A DNA stretch of 64,000 bases from Oceanispirochaeta sp. (GCA_963666275.2 CAXXOA010000001.1:832001-896000), one strand, 5' to 3'. Counted from the first letter of the stretch, positions 30,532-42,420 are shown. Notes: a model not told the origin generated them from the sequence alone. A program made the numbers and translations.

Positions 30532-32099
30532 GAGATAATCCGGTCTGTTGTGAATTTTTCCAGCGTCTCGAGAAGGGACTTTGAATTGACTGGCTTGGCA
30601 ACAACCTCTTTGAATCCTTCGGATTTAAAGAGGTTGATATCTTCTTCCTGACAGTAGGCGGTAAGAGCCAGAACGGGGAGATCAAGTCCCTCTTCCTTTA
30701 TGGCGCGCATGATGTCCACACCGCTGAATCCGGGCAGTCCGATATCCAGAAGAGCCATATCGTAGTTGTCTTCTTTCAGAAGCTCCATGGCTTCTTTTCC
30801 GTTGATCCCTGTGATCACCTCGTAACCCGCTTCACAAAGGATCATTTCCATATAGTAGAGAGAGACTGTATCATCCTCAACCACCAGGATCTTTCCCCGG
30901 CCGGGTATTTTCTTTGCCATCAGTGGTTCCCCGGACTCCTCATCCGGCTGATGGGGAGGAATCCTCACAGTAAAGACTGTGCCCTGTTCATCAGATGTCA
31001 TATCAATGGTTCCCCCCATCTGGATCGTAATATCCTTTGTGATGGCCAGTCCCAGTCCCAGACCTTTCTTTTCCCTGATATACCCGTTCTGCACCTGAAC
31101 ATAGGGTTTGAAAATGATTTCCCCTTTATCAGGAGGGATCCCCACTCCCTGATCCTGTATTGTCATGATCAGGTCCTGATCTACTGAGAGAGAGACTGTA
31201 ACAGTTCCTTTCAGAGAGTATTTGATGCTGTTGGTTATGAGGTTGTCCAGGATCTGAAGAATCCTGGTTTCATCGCCTGAAAAGTCCAGTCCTCTCCCGA
31301 TTGTTTTTATGGAAAAGTTGAGTCCTTTCTCGGCACACTGAACCTGGTATTTCTGTTTCAGCAGGGTAATCAGGGTTATCAGGGTAAAACGTTTATACTG
31401 AAAGTAGAGGGTCCGGTTTTCAAGCTGGGTATAGTCCAGGATATCATTGATCAGCCTTGACAGCTGCCTGGCGGAATAGGTTGTCAGTTCGATATAGGAT
31501 TTCACCTCATCATCTTCTATCTGTTTCTGATTCAGCAGATCCAGCATTCCCAGAATCCCGTTCAGGGGTGTCCGAAGCTCATGATTGATATTGGAGAGGA
31601 GCTGGTTCTTTTCCCTGTTGGCTTTTTCCGCTTCCTCTTTGGCTTTCTGAAGCTCTTCTGTTCTGCTTCTTATTCCCTCTTCCAGGGCTGTGTTGAAAGA
31701 GAGGGTCTGATCCAGGGATTTTTTAAGAGTAATGTGGGTATTCACCCGGGAGAGAACATCAATAGGTATAAAGGGTTTTGTGATATAGTCGGCTCCGCCT
31801 GCGGAAAAGCCTTTGACTTTATCCTCCATTGTTATCATCCCTGAAATGAATATCACAGGGATCATTTGGAGCTCTTCTGTGCTTTTGAATCTTTTGCAGA
31901 GAGTAATTCCGTCCATATCCGGGATATTGATATCCAGGATAAACAGATCGGGAGCTTTTATGCCGGCCTGTTCAATGATTCTGCGGGATTCAGTGAAACC
32001 CATCACAGAATAGCCGTCTCCTTCCAGGATCTCTTTCAGCAGTTCCAGGATCGGCTCATTATCATCGGCCAGGTATATCAGACCTTTCGCGTTACTCAA
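30528..32099 (-). CDS. Hybrid REC-histidine kinase-REC protein
   Basis: N-terminal [12 protein letters not shown] boxes, C-terminal REC. Confidence 0.92.
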   Translation of the reverse strand: MSNAKGLIYLADDNEPILELLKEILEGDGYSVMGFTESRRIIEQAGIKAPDLFILDINIPDMDGITLCKRFKSTEELQMIPVIFISGMITMEDKVKGFSAGGADYITKPFIPIDVLSRVNTHITLKKSLDQTLSFNTALEEGIRSRTEELQKAKEEAEKANREKNQLLSNINHELRTPLNGILGMLDLLNQKQIEDDEVKSYIELTTYSARQLSRLINDILDYTQLENRTLYFQYKRFTLITLITLLKQKYQVQCAEKGLNFSIKTIGRGLDFSGDETRILQILDNLITNSIKYSLKGTVTVSLSVDQDLIMTIQDQGVGIPPDKGEIIFKPYVQVQNGYIREKKGLGLGLAITKDITIQMGGTIDMTSDEQGTVFTVRIPPHQPDEESGEPLMAKKIPGRGKILVVEDDTVSLYYMEMILCEAGYEVITGINGKEAMELLKEDNYDMALLDIGLPGFSGVDIMRAIKEEGLDLPVLALTAYCQEEDINLFKSEGFKEVVAKPVNSKSLLETLEKFTTDRIIS

Positions 32100-32793
32100 A
32101 CCAGCCTCCCCGGGGAAGCAGGGGGATACCCGAAAGTTCAGTCAGGGCCTGATCCAGAGATTTATGGAAAGTCTGTAGATCCTCCGGGGAATAGGATATC
32201 AGGGGGATCTCCCTTTCGCAGGTATTGTCAGTAAGGGTGACTGATATTTTCTCAGATTGTTCCAGGAAGAGGAGTTCCAAGAGACTGTCCCGGGTTAGGG
32301 CAGGTTCATAATTCAGGAACTGGCATAGGAATAAACTGTTCTGAATCAGACACACCACATACTGTTTAATATCCAGGGGCTGCTGATGTTTCAGCCTGGG
32401 CATCCGGAAGATGAGGTTCCTTTCTCCAATAGAGAAAATCCTGTCCTCTGTTTCAGAGGAATAGACCTCTTTCACCTGGAATTCCGGAATATAGCTGCCT
32501 TTGGGAATGACGATTCTCAGGGGATCTTTTCTTCCGTCTGTTCTGTAGTATTCGTCCAGTTTCTGACGGAGCCGCCTGGCCTCAACCCTGACTCTGGGAT
32601 CATTCTGGGGATTGAATGTAAAGTCCAGGCCGAAGGCATCGATCCCGATGGAGTACTCTTTTATCTGATCCTTGTCTCCCACCAGGGCTTTCCGGCAGAT
32701 ATAATCGAGAAAACTCACAGAGCGCTTTGAATTCCGGAAGATGGAATTCTGCATGACCTTATCCAGATGTTGATAGACTATCCTTTCTTCCAT
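32092..32793 (-). CDS. Hypothetical protein with a winged-helix-like N-terminal domain
   Basis: F.NS.R...FL.YI...KEYSIG...FG....F.P..DP.VRVEARRLR.KL.EYY...G.....I.IPKGSY.P.F; overlaps the kinase start. Confidence 0.7.
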   Translation of the reverse strand: MEERIVYQHLDKVMQNSIFRNSKRSVSFLDYICRKALVGDKDQIKEYSIGIDAFGLDFTFNPQNDPRVRVEARRLRQKLDEYYRTDGRKDPLRIVIPKGSYIPEFQVKEVYSSETEDRIFSIGERNLIFRMPRLKHQQPLDIKQYVVCLIQNSLFLCQFLNYEPALTRDSLLELLFLEQSEKISVTLTDNTCEREIPLISYSPEDLQTFHKSLDQALTELSGIPLLPRGGWFE

Positions 32794-32957
32794 TATTAAA
32801 AATCATAAGGCATAGAAAATAAAAAAACTACAATTTCCTTCTTCATCAGTTTATAAATACAGAGAGGGGTTCCGGAAACGGGGAGACATTCTTCACAGCC
32901 CCTGCCTTTGTCTCTCTCTATTTCCCGGCTGGAAAGATCTGAAATCTATAGAGACGG

Positions 32958-32989
32958 TTCATATTCTGTTCAGTTCTGCCGCTTATCTT
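32958..32989 (+). promoter_or_regulatory. OmpR-type direct repeat plus -10 box
   Basis: TTCATA-TTCTG-TTCAGT-N9-TATCTT, same geometry as 25226-25257. Confidence 0.55.
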
Positions 32990-33018
32990 CAGGGTAATTG
33001 AAATGACGGAGGATTCTT

Positions 33019-33528
33019 ATGAATAAACGGATTTACCTTACAGTACTTTTGTCTGCTGCTTTAACTTTCACTTCCATGGCAGAGAATTTCGGTTCTGCCG
33101 GTGCATTGGACTCACAGGATTTTACACTGGAAGAGATGCTTCAGTATGCCTGGGAGGATGAGCACATGGCTCTGGCGGAATATGAGGCGATTATGAAAAA
33201 ATTCAATGTTTCCAGGCCCTATGCCAATATCGCCCGCTCGGAAACGACTCACATCGCCTATCTGAAAGACCTCTATGATACCAGAGGGATGGACTATCCC
33301 GAGGTGAGTACCGAGTCTCATCTCTATGTTCCGGCTACCCTCCAGGAAGCGGCGGATGTCGGAGTCGAAGCGGAAATCAAAAATATAGCCATGTACGAGA
33401 AGTTCCTGGAAGAAGACCTCCCTGAGGATGTGGAAAGGATTTTTACCATTCTGATGAAAGGCTCGGAAAATCATCTGGCTGCATTTCAGCGCCAGCAGGG
33501 AAGTGCTCCCGGTCAGAGAAGACAGTAG
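33019..33528 (+). CDS. Exported ferritin-like protein (DUF2202 type)
   Basis: Signal peptide; EDEHMA..EY, SETTH, EIKNIAMY, SENHLAAF. Confidence 0.82.
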   Translation: MNKRIYLTVLLSAALTFTSMAENFGSAGALDSQDFTLEEMLQYAWEDEHMALAEYEAIMKKFNVSRPYANIARSETTHIAYLKDLYDTRGMDYPEVSTESHLYVPATLQEAADVGVEAEIKNIAMYEKFLEEDLPEDVERIFTILMKGSENHLAAFQRQQGSAPGQRRQ

Positions 33529-33564
33529 ATTTCCCATAGTAATGTCAGAAGGTTTCATCAATGG

Positions 33565-33586
33565 AAGGGGAGATGAATCTCCCCTT
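33565..33586. terminator. Hairpin between convergent genes
   Basis: AAGGGGAGA-TGAA-TCTCCCCTT. Confidence 0.6.
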
Positions 33587-33624
33587 TAATGTGTCAGTAT
33601 TTTTAAGGGAAAAGAGAGAGCTTT

Positions 33625-33852
33625 CTATGAACAGCTTGCTGCTGTTGACAGTAAAGGCTCGAACTCCTCTTTCAGGATACGGAAATAGTCATCATTGACA
33701 TGCTCCAGTTCACCAAACTGATCTTTACTGAAGATTGCCTGAATCTTTCTATCCTTGTCTACCGAAAGGGTGTACTGGAATTCCCGGCCGCCTCTGTTGA
33801 GCAGGGTTCCCTTGTATCTTTGGGGTGCTTCTGGTTCCACAAAAATATTCAT
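33625..33852 (-). CDS. Small hypothetical protein
   Basis: 75-aa ORF filling an intergenic gap, ATG after AAGG; no motif recognised. Confidence 0.5.
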   Translation of the reverse strand: MNIFVEPEAPQRYKGTLLNRGGREFQYTLSVDKDRKIQAIFSKDQFGELEHVNDDYFRILKEEFEPLLSTAASCS

Positions 33853-33960
33853 ACCTTAATTATATAGTAAACTGAAGATTACGCAAGTATTCTGTAGTAA
33901 ATTGAAGGTAATTTTTACAAATAGATCCGTATCGGAGGGAAATCCGGGGTCTGGTCTATT

Positions 33961-36138
33961 TTACGCTGTAAGAATCGGCAGAAGTATCCGGAAACAGCTT
34001 CCCCGGCCCATCCTGGTTTCCAGCTCCAGGAGTCCCTGATTGTCCTGAACTATGCCGAATACAGTAGATAATCCCAGACCGTTCCCTTTGCCTGTCTCTT
34101 TGGTTGAGAAAAAAGGATCGAATATCTTCTCTCTGATCTCTTCGGGGATTCCTGGACCTGAATCCTCCACTTCTATAACAGCAAAGAACCGGCTCTCCCT
34201 TTTTTCCTGAAAGGTTCTGATAGACAGGCTGCCCCGGTTGTTCATGGCATCCCTGGCATTGACTACCAGATTCATCAGGATCTGATCTATCTGGCTCCTG
34301 TGGGTGAAGATCCGGCAGTCCTCACACTGCAAGTCAATGGTCAGATCAATGGTACTTCCCGCGAGCCTCCGCAGCATTTCACTGGCGGCATTCACCACAT
34401 CATTGAGCATGAGCGGCTTTTTTTCTTTTTTCTCCATCCGGCAGAAGGAGAGGAGCTGGTTGACGAGCTCCTGGGCTTTTTCCGCTGTCTGATCGATCTT
34501 ATCAAGAAAAACAAGATCCGAATCATCTCTCCTTGTTTCACGGATCATGCTTGAGTACCCGAATATAATCTGGAGAATGTTGTTAAAATCGTGGGCGACA
34601 CCTCCGGCCAGTCTTCCCACCGCTTCCAGCCGTTCAGAGCGGTTCAGCCTCTCTTCTATCCTTATTTTCGAGGTAATATCACGGAGGGATATTATCAGGC
34701 CTTTGACAGTTCCGTCCTCTCCGGGAACAGGGATGGTTATATCTTCCAGAATCTTTTTTCCCATCTCAATGCGGCATATGCCCGCTTTCATACCCAGAAG
34801 AGATTCCATGATCAGTTTTTCCTGAACAGACCGTATTTTCTCCGGCAGAAGAGGAAGGATGTCTCTGCCTGTAAGGGATTCCCTGTCCGTATCGAGTTCC
34901 AGAATACGGCATCCTTTAGAACTGATCCTCAGAATCCTGTTCTCGCTGTCAAGGAAAATGATGCCGTCATAACTGCTTTCCATGACAAGTTTCAGCTCTT
35001 CTTCCTTTGCCTTTGTCTGATCATACTGGTCTTTCAGAAAACGGTTGAGTGTGATCAGCTGATTCTTGGACTCTGAAAGCTTCATAAAAGAGTCTTCGAT
35101 CGTCCGGGCCATGATGTTGAAACTCTCTGCCAGAATTTCAAGCTCCACAAAGAGGAAGTGTTCAACCTTCACATCGTAATCGCCATGACTCAGACGGGAG
35201 GACATCTGTATGAGCTGATCCATATCCAGCAGGAGATGGTGTATCAGGGTTCTGTTGAATATCGCAAGGGTCAGCATCAAACCGCCCAGAAGGAGGAGGA
35301 ACATCACAACCGTCACAATCAGGGGCATGTAGAGCATAAACAGTTCTTCATAGAGCACCACATAAAGACCGAATCCCTCCAGATAGCTCCATTTGACAAC
35401 ATGAAGTTTGTTTTTCTCCCGGATGATCTGCTGTTTCTCCCTGGTGAAATCGATGAGAAGATCCTGCCTCCTCTGGGTAACCACTTTGTAATCGGTCTGA
35501 GCCAGAAAAAACTGCTCCTCATTGATGACGGCAATTTTAACGGAACTCCTTTGGCTCAGCTGTTCCACCAGGAGCTGGAGATCTTTCAGGGAGTAGACAC
35601 AGACATAGGCATTCCCGTCTTTATCTTTCAGAGCCAGAGTATAGGACACGTCGGTTGTGGCCGAGGAAATATAGGTTTCGGCCCAGCGGCCGGAAGCTTT
35701 CTGCAGGTCTCTGAAAAAAGGGAATCCCGAATAGTCTTTCCCCAGAATAGACTGCTTGCTATTTGTCGTTCTGAGAACCTTTCCTTCCGGTGAAAGAATA
35801 AAAACATCAAGAAAATGGTCGTTTTCATCCACCATCAGATTGAGAAAGAGTTCCACACTGGTATCTCCCTTATTCTGATGCTGATAGATGGCTTTCAGGT
35901 ACTCCAGGGAGCTGAAGGGAATTTCAAGATTCTGGCGGATACTGTTTTCAATCTGAATGGTCAGATTCTCCTGGATCCTGGTGAGCTGTCCTCCGGATAT
36001 CCTCAGAAGCAGCAGGATCGTCAGCAGGCAGAAGAGAATCACAGGAATCACCACAATCAGAAGCAGTTTCTTCCCCAGCTCATTTTCAAGAGATTTTTTC
36101 GGTGTTGCTTTAATAGCGCGAGGTGTTTGCTTTTCCAT
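33961..36138 (-). CDS. Sensor histidine kinase (Cache-HAMP-PAS-HisKA-HATPase)
   Basis: Two TM helices, [42 protein letters not shown]. Confidence 0.92.
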   Translation of the reverse strand: MEKQTPRAIKATPKKSLENELGKKLLLIVVIPVILFCLLTILLLLRISGGQLTRIQENLTIQIENSIRQNLEIPFSSLEYLKAIYQHQNKGDTSVELFLNLMVDENDHFLDVFILSPEGKVLRTTNSKQSILGKDYSGFPFFRDLQKASGRWAETYISSATTDVSYTLALKDKDGNAYVCVYSLKDLQLLVEQLSQRSSVKIAVINEEQFFLAQTDYKVVTQRRQDLLIDFTREKQQIIREKNKLHVVKWSYLEGFGLYVVLYEELFMLYMPLIVTVVMFLLLLGGLMLTLAIFNRTLIHHLLLDMDQLIQMSSRLSHGDYDVKVEHFLFVELEILAESFNIMARTIEDSFMKLSESKNQLITLNRFLKDQYDQTKAKEEELKLVMESSYDGIIFLDSENRILRISSKGCRILELDTDRESLTGRDILPLLPEKIRSVQEKLIMESLLGMKAGICRIEMGKKILEDITIPVPGEDGTVKGLIISLRDITSKIRIEERLNRSERLEAVGRLAGGVAHDFNNILQIIFGYSSMIRETRRDDSDLVFLDKIDQTAEKAQELVNQLLSFCRMEKKEKKPLMLNDVVNAASEMLRRLAGSTIDLTIDLQCEDCRIFTHRSQIDQILMNLVVNARDAMNNRGSLSIRTFQEKRESRFFAVIEVEDSGPGIPEEIREKIFDPFFSTKETGKGNGLGLSTVFGIVQDNQGLLELETRMGRGSCFRILLPILTA

Positions 36139-36163
36139 ATTGCGTTAAACTAAACTATATAAC

Positions 36164-37564
36164 ATGCGGGATTTGAATGCGAAAAAATTGATAATCAGGT
36201 TTTTACTGATCCTCCCTTTTCTGTATTCGGTTTTGCTCTTCACATCCTGCAACCGCTGGAGCCCGGAGAGCCAGACCGGCGAGCCCTTCAGCTGGCAGAT
36301 GGCCCGGGGAGATTCGATCGATATTTTCTTCAGTCAGCACCCCTATACGGAAGCCATAATCAAAAAAATTGCAGACTTTGAAGAGCTCACAGGGATCGAT
36401 GTTGTCTACAGCGTATCCCAGGAGGATGAGTATTTCGATCTCCTCTACGGACGGCTGGCTTCCCGAAGAGATCAGCCTGACCTTTTCATGTCGGGTGCCT
36501 ATCAGCTGTGGGATCTGATGGACAAAGGGTTCGTGGAGAATCTTGATCCCTATCTGTCCTCTCCGGCCCTGACTGAGGAATCCTATAATCCCCGGGACTT
36601 CTTTCCCGCGGTGTACAATTCTCTGAGATGGAACCGGGATACCTATAAACTGGGGGAAGGCCCTCTTCTGGCACTGCCTCTGGGATTCGAACTGATAACC
36701 CTTGCCTATAATAGACGGATATTTGATGAAAAAGGATTAACCCCTCCCGCAACAATGGAGGAACTCTACAGGCTTTGCGGAATTCTGGATGAATTCGACG
36801 GTCCCGGATCATTTGCCATCTCCGTGAGAGGTGCGGATAACTGGGCAACCATCCATCCCGGCTATATGACCACATTCGGCAATTACGGGGCAGTTGATGC
36901 GGAGAATATATCGGGAAATCTTGTCAGCAGGGTCAATTCTCCCGAATCACTGGAAATGAACCGTCACTGGATCGATATGGTCAGAACCGGCGGCGCTGAA
37001 AACTGGGGTGAGTATAACTGGTATAAAACAGGTGCCGCTCTGGGAGACGGTCGGGCCGCCATGCTTTTTGATGCGGATATTGTGGGGTACTTTCAGAATA
37101 TTCCCGGATCCTCCCGGGAGGCGGGGAATATAGCCTGGGTCAAAGCTCCGGTTCCGGAAGCCCGTGCGGGAGATCCTGTCCGGTCTAATCTATGGATCTG
37201 GTCTCTTGCCATGAACAGCCGGTCCAGAGAGAAAAAGGCCGCCTGGCTCTTTCTGCAGTACTTCACCGGCCCGGAGTATCAGCTGTGGGCGGCGGTCAAT
37301 GAAAAAGCCGTGGATCCTCCCAGGCGTTCGGTTTTCAATGACCCCTCCCTGCAGGAGATCCTCTCCCTGGCAGAGGGCTATGAACAGGCTTTCAGAGATA
37401 CCATAGAGACGGCGGGGATTCTCTTTACCCCGCAGCCGCATTTTATTGAAACCACTTCCCTCTGGGCCAGTTCTCTCCGGCGTCTTGTGATGGAGGAAAA
37501 TCTGGATGTACAGCAGGAACTGGACTCTCTGAAAAACCGCATGGATCAGATATTTTCCCCGTAA
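36164..37564 (+). CDS. Sugar-type ABC solute-binding lipoprotein with no adjacent permeases
   Basis: Lipobox-like [36 protein letters not shown]. Confidence 0.85.
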   Translation: MRDLNAKKLIIRFLLILPFLYSVLLFTSCNRWSPESQTGEPFSWQMARGDSIDIFFSQHPYTEAIIKKIADFEELTGIDVVYSVSQEDEYFDLLYGRLASRRDQPDLFMSGAYQLWDLMDKGFVENLDPYLSSPALTEESYNPRDFFPAVYNSLRWNRDTYKLGEGPLLALPLGFELITLAYNRRIFDEKGLTPPATMEELYRLCGILDEFDGPGSFAISVRGADNWATIHPGYMTTFGNYGAVDAENISGNLVSRVNSPESLEMNRHWIDMVRTGGAENWGEYNWYKTGAALGDGRAAMLFDADIVGYFQNIPGSSREAGNIAWVKAPVPEARAGDPVRSNLWIWSLAMNSRSREKKAAWLFLQYFTGPEYQLWAAVNEKAVDPPRRSVFNDPSLQEILSLAEGYEQAFRDTIETAGILFTPQPHFIETTSLWASSLRRLVMEENLDVQQELDSLKNRMDQIFSP

Positions 37565-39489
37565 GTTTCACTGCTCATCTGTTCTGTTTCCTCCCGGATT
37601 CTGAAAAATCGGATCATATCCTTAAGAGAGCCCGCCTGACCGGAAAGTTCTTCAGAGATGGATGCCATCTCCTCCGAGGAAGAGGCATTCATCTGAATGA
37701 CCTGATCCAGCTGGGATACGGCTTTAAAAACCTGTTCTGTCCCATTGAGCTGTTCGGCAGTTGAATAATTGATCTCCTCCACCATGGTGGCTGTTCTTTT
37801 TATATCCGGAATAATCGCCGTAAAAAGTTCTCCCGCGGCTTCGGCTTTTACCATGCTCTGACCGGTCAATTCCCGTATCTCTCCCGCCGCTTTCTGGCTC
37901 CTTTCCGCCAGCTGCCTGACTTCCTGGGCTACCACGGCAAAACCTTTCCCGTGATCCCCGGCTCTGGCCGCTTCTATGGAGGCATTGAGGGCCAGAAGAT
38001 TGGTATTCCTGGCAATGTCCTCAATGACCGATATTTTTTCAGTGATGTCCTTCATGGCCTGAACTGTCTGGGCAACCGATTCTCCTCCCTGTTCTATCTC
38101 TGCCGCTGTCTTCCGGGCTATCGCTTCGGTTTCTCTGGCATTGCTGGCATTCTGGGTAATGTTGGATCCGATCTGTTCAAGCGAGGAAGAGACTTCCTGA
38201 ATGCTGGCGGCCTGTTCCGATGCCCCCTGAGAGAGCTGCTGGGCTGAAATCGTTACCTGCCGGCTCCCTTTATCCACATCCTGAGCGGACAGGTTTATCT
38301 CTTCTATAATATGGATCAGCTGTTCCTGCATCTTTCTCATGGACGCGGAGACTCCTATCTCTCCCTGTTCCTCCTTATTGAGGATCAGATTTCCCAGAGC
38401 TACATTTTCTGCGATCCTGGCAATCACGGCCGGATCCTTTCCCAGCTGCCTGAAAATATACCTGGTGATGGCGGCGGAGGCTCCGATGGCGCACAGTATT
38501 GTCAGAGCTACAATGACTGTATATGTAAATATGAGAGACTGAAGCCTCTGGATCAGAAGGGCCGACAGGCCCAGGGCTCTCTCCTGCTGGAGATTCCCCA
38601 GTATATCGATCCTCTCCCGCATGGAAGAGAAGTTCTGTTCATTCACTGCAGCTTCCCCTGTCATGATCATACGGGTTTCAAAAGTTTCCCGGATGACAGA
38701 AGCAATAAAAAGGCTGTCCTTTCTCCACTGTCCGTACTCATCCCTGAACTCGGCCATCAGAGAGGAGAGGGGACTGCCGGCCAGCTCGTAAGCCTGAGTG
38801 ATCCTCTGGTTTACCTGTTCAAGATTTTCCTCCTGTTCTGTCAGCCGGGCAGCCAGTTCTTCCTGTGAAGAGGCATGGTCTGATTCCAGAAGGGCTGTAT
38901 AGGCCTGATAGGCATCCCTGTCGGCATTCAGTATCAGCTGGACTGCTTCATTGAGGACTGCCCGGCGGTTCCGGGAACTGCTCTCAATCATCCCGGCTGT
39001 CCGGTCTGTCATGGTATCGATCAGATTCCGCATCTTCAGGAATGTCCCGTCAGCCCTTTCCCGGGCCCGGGTCTGATCTGCCGTTCTTCTGCTGATTTCC
39101 AGGGAGGAGGCCATAATCACACGGCTGGAGGCCGCCCAGTCCCTGTAGTCTGCTTCAAATAGGCTGAGCTGCTCCATCATTTCGGGGGTATAGGTGTCAG
39201 AAGGGCCTGTCACCCTCTCCCATACCTGAGTCATATTCTCTTCCAGATCCGCTTCCAGAGCTTTCAGCTGCTCTTTGTCAGATATCTTCAGAGCAAGATT
39301 TCCTGCCAGAAAGGCCTGGTAGGCATCTCTGTCCCCATTCAGAACGAGTGCCCGGTTTTCCTGTACCAGATTGATAACCGGCAATTCCTTTCTCAGTTTT
39401 CCGAAGCAGAACAGCCCCAGGGTGAATACAATGGAAAGTCCGAGGATAGGAATCAGCACCAGCACCGAAAGATTTTTCTTCAACGTCAT
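37546..39489 (-). CDS. Methyl-accepting chemotaxis protein with a duplicated helical sensor domain
   Basis: [30 protein letters not shown]; repeated LN(G/A)DRDAYQA motif. Confidence 0.93.
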   Translation of the reverse strand: MTLKKNLSVLVLIPILGLSIVFTLGLFCFGKLRKELPVINLVQENRALVLNGDRDAYQAFLAGNLALKISDKEQLKALEADLEENMTQVWERVTGPSDTYTPEMMEQLSLFEADYRDWAASSRVIMASSLEISRRTADQTRARERADGTFLKMRNLIDTMTDRTAGMIESSSRNRRAVLNEAVQLILNADRDAYQAYTALLESDHASSQEELAARLTEQEENLEQVNQRITQAYELAGSPLSSLMAEFRDEYGQWRKDSLFIASVIRETFETRMIMTGEAAVNEQNFSSMRERIDILGNLQQERALGLSALLIQRLQSLIFTYTVIVALTILCAIGASAAITRYIFRQLGKDPAVIARIAENVALGNLILNKEEQGEIGVSASMRKMQEQLIHIIEEINLSAQDVDKGSRQVTISAQQLSQGASEQAASIQEVSSSLEQIGSNITQNASNARETEAIARKTAAEIEQGGESVAQTVQAMKDITEKISVIEDIARNTNLLALNASIEAARAGDHGKGFAVVAQEVRQLAERSQKAAGEIRELTGQSMVKAEAAGELFTAIIPDIKRTATMVEEINYSTAEQLNGTEQVFKAVSQLDQVIQMNASSSEEMASISEELSGQAGSLKDMIRFFRIREETEQMSSETYGENI

Positions 39490-39662
39490 ACTGCCGCCTC
39501 CTTGAAAGACCTCTATGGGGAAGTATACGAGCGTTGATTAATCAATGCAAATTTATTTTTTGACTGCATAACACCTCTGATTATACAGATAAAAAAAATG
39601 AATCGGCCTCTCTTTTCAGGGGGTTTTTTTTTATCCTCTGATAGTTTATAACATAAAGTTAT

Positions 39663-40442
39663 ATGATCCAGGGAAAAGACTTTCTAGGTAAGAAAATTGT
39701 ATTTGTGTATCCTCCTGAAGTTGTACAGGGGGAGCTCCTTTCGGTTCTCTATAATGAAGAGCTGGAAGCCTATATTTTACAGGACCACCGCAAAATTCCC
39801 GAAATAGTTGAAAAGTACCCGGATACCCTGTTCTTTCTGAACATAGACGCTGTGCTTAACGATCTGGAGTGGCAGAATCTTGTCAGGGACCTGCACAGGC
39901 GGTATCCCTCTATCATGCTGGGAATCCTTACCTTTAAAATCGATGAGGATCTCCATGAAATGTACCTGATGGAACTGGGAGTCAAATGCGGCTATATTCA
40001 GTTGAAACTGGGGCTTCAGAAAGCAACGGATATGATGATCAAGATTCTGGAGGCTAATGAGGTCAGGGGGCGCAGACAGTATCTGAGATGCCAGTGTTCT
40101 GAAAACTGCCAGGCCTCACTGAATTTCAAGTTAGCCGATGACCTTCTGACAGGACGCGTTCTGGATATCAGTTCTGTCGCCATGTCCTGTCATCTCAGTG
40201 CCCATCAGGGGCTGACGAAAAATCAGCTGATCAGCAGAATGCAGATGCGCCTGAAAGGGGCTATAGTGATCACAGATGCAGTCCTTGTGGGAATGCGAAT
40301 TGTCAAGAACGAACAGACCATCTATGTGTTTCTCTTTAAAACCGATGCTCCGGAAAAAATCCGTCCCAAAATAAGAACTTTCATAAGCCAGAATCTTCAG
40401 ATGAATTTCAACAGGGAATTCGGCCTGTCCGGCCAGATCTGA
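39663..40442 (+). CDS. PilZ-domain protein (spirochaete PlzA-like architecture)
   Basis: RRQYLR (RxxxR) and DISSVA (DxSxxG-like) in the C-terminal half. Confidence 0.75.
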   Translation: MIQGKDFLGKKIVFVYPPEVVQGELLSVLYNEELEAYILQDHRKIPEIVEKYPDTLFFLNIDAVLNDLEWQNLVRDLHRRYPSIMLGILTFKIDEDLHEMYLMELGVKCGYIQLKLGLQKATDMMIKILEANEVRGRRQYLRCQCSENCQASLNFKLADDLLTGRVLDISSVAMSCHLSAHQGLTKNQLISRMQMRLKGAIVITDAVLVGMRIVKNEQTIYVFLFKTDAPEKIRPKIRTFISQNLQMNFNREFGLSGQI

Positions 40443-40536
40443 TCAGGCTCCTCCCGTATATTCTAAGAGAAAAAGCGCCTGGTCCATCTGTTTTTTTAAT
40501 GGCATTTTTTCCTTCTGATGCTTATGATTCTTTATA

Positions 40537-42162
40537 ATGAAAAAATCGGATCTTTTTTCTTCAGAGCTGAAAGCAGCAAGGCACATTCTCCTCTTTATCT
40601 CTATTGCCTTTGTCACTCTTATGATTCTGAGTCTCCTCCTGGGCTATTTTCTGTACATAAGAAAATTTATGGATCTTGAGAACCGCTATCTTCAATCACA
40701 GGAACAGAGCGTTGAACGGATCATTGAGGAAGAAATAGGCAATCTCATGAGCACCTGCCTCGACTGGTCTGTATGGGACGATTCCTGGAGTTTTATGAGG
40801 GGGACGAATCCCGGTTTTATCGAAAGCAATCTTTCAGAAGAAACTCTGACAACACTCAAGCTGAATCTTATGTCTTTTGTTCTGGATGAGGGCTCTGTTA
40901 CCTGGCAGATGGAAGTGGATCCTGAAACCGGAATGATCCGTCAGGATCCTCTTTTTCCCTCTGACCGCTTTCCTGCGGATATCATCTCCTCTCTTGTGGC
41001 ACATAGCAATAAAGGCATCATCCCGGTGGGAGGAACCCTTTTTTTTATGGTCCTGAATCCCATCACGAAAGGATCGGATAAAGAGAGTACCCAAGGCTAT
41101 TTAATCCTGGGAAAAGAATTCACATCCAGGGAGAACATGCGGCTTTCCCATATTACCAATGTGAATTTCCGCCTGATCGAAAAAAAGGCCTTGTCCTCTC
41201 TTCTGTCTCCCCCGGATATTGAACGGCTCGTTCTGGAAGAGAGAGTCCTTCTGCGTCTCCGGAACAGCATTACATCCTACATTCCTCTGAAAACACATTT
41301 TTCTGATGACAGAGATATTTTTCTGAATGTATGGAGGGACAGAAATCTGATGCAGCTGGGGCTGAAAAGCTTTTTCCAGTATCTCTTAATCTCTCTGGCC
41401 GGGGTTCTGGTAACAGCCCTGGGGGTACTGCGATATTTCAGAAAAGAGTATATGCAGCCGGTTATGCATCTCTATAGAAGCGTCCGCCGGATTAAAGAGG
41501 AAGGGGATCTCTCTTTCCGGATTTCCTATTCCGAAGACAATGAGTTCGGACGTTTGTGCGACGGATTCAACAGCCTTCTGGACGTGATCGAAGATCAGAC
41601 CCGGGAACTCAGTCAGAAAAACAAAATACTCCTGGAACAGGCTAATACGGATGAACTGACAGGTTTGCTGAACAAAAGGTATCTCAATACCTGGCTGGAT
41701 GAAAGGTCCTATAAGGGAGGACGGGAGGAACCGGATGGTTCCATCCTGATGCTGGATATCGATCACTTCAAGCTCTATAATGACAGGTACGGGCATATTG
41801 CCGGGGATCTCTGCCTGAGAAAAGTCGCCGAGGTACTGCATCGGATTGCCACAAGAAATACGGACTATTCCTTCCGTTACGGAGGAGAAGAGTTCCTGAT
41901 TATTCTGGGCGATACAGACTGCCATGGCGCCGGGAAGGTAGCAGAGAGGATTCTGGAGGAGATCGCGGCTCTGAAGATTGAGAATGCCGATGCTCCCACA
42001 TCTCCGTATATCACAGTCAGTATCGGTATTTCCTGCGGTCCCCTGACTTACTCCAGAGAATTTGCTGAACAGCTTATTGTTACGGCGGACGAGGCCCTCT
42101 ACAGGTCCAAAAAAGAGGGACGCAACAGACAGACTCTCAGTAACAGCTGCCCTTCCGAATAA
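40537..42162 (+). CDS. CHASE4-HAMP-GGDEF diguanylate cyclase
   Basis: DWSVWDDSWSF (CHASE4), HAMP, DIDHFKLYND.YGH..GD, RNTD I-site, YGGEEF. Confidence 0.92.
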   Translation: MKKSDLFSSELKAARHILLFISIAFVTLMILSLLLGYFLYIRKFMDLENRYLQSQEQSVERIIEEEIGNLMSTCLDWSVWDDSWSFMRGTNPGFIESNLSEETLTTLKLNLMSFVLDEGSVTWQMEVDPETGMIRQDPLFPSDRFPADIISSLVAHSNKGIIPVGGTLFFMVLNPITKGSDKESTQGYLILGKEFTSRENMRLSHITNVNFRLIEKKALSSLLSPPDIERLVLEERVLLRLRNSITSYIPLKTHFSDDRDIFLNVWRDRNLMQLGLKSFFQYLLISLAGVLVTALGVLRYFRKEYMQPVMHLYRSVRRIKEEGDLSFRISYSEDNEFGRLCDGFNSLLDVIEDQTRELSQKNKILLEQANTDELTGLLNKRYLNTWLDERSYKGGREEPDGSILMLDIDHFKLYNDRYGHIAGDLCLRKVAEVLHRIATRNTDYSFRYGGEEFLIILGDTDCHGAGKVAERILEEIAALKIENADAPTSPYITVSIGISCGPLTYSREFAEQLIVTADEALYRSKKEGRNRQTLSNSCPSE

Positions 42163-42420
42163 AAAAATCCTTTTGCAGAAGAGTTTTTTCTCAGAAAAAT
42201 AACAACAATTATGTAGAAAATAAAAATCTTTATTTTTATCCTCAGAAGAGAAAAATTTTCTCTATGATAACCGGCAGAAAATTTTTATGCATTTTAAAAT
42301 GATACTCTGAAATAAAATAGAAATATCTGGCAGTCGTTTTTTTGTGAAGTAATAAAGGAATAATCATATATTAAACAGGGGCCGGCTGTTTTTTTCTTAT
42401 TCTACCGGCCTGGAAAGATA

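Noticed and set aside
39534..39545. TTGAT-TA-ATCAA as an FNR site
   Set aside because: The spacer is 2 bp, not 4; it may be another operator but occurs only once.
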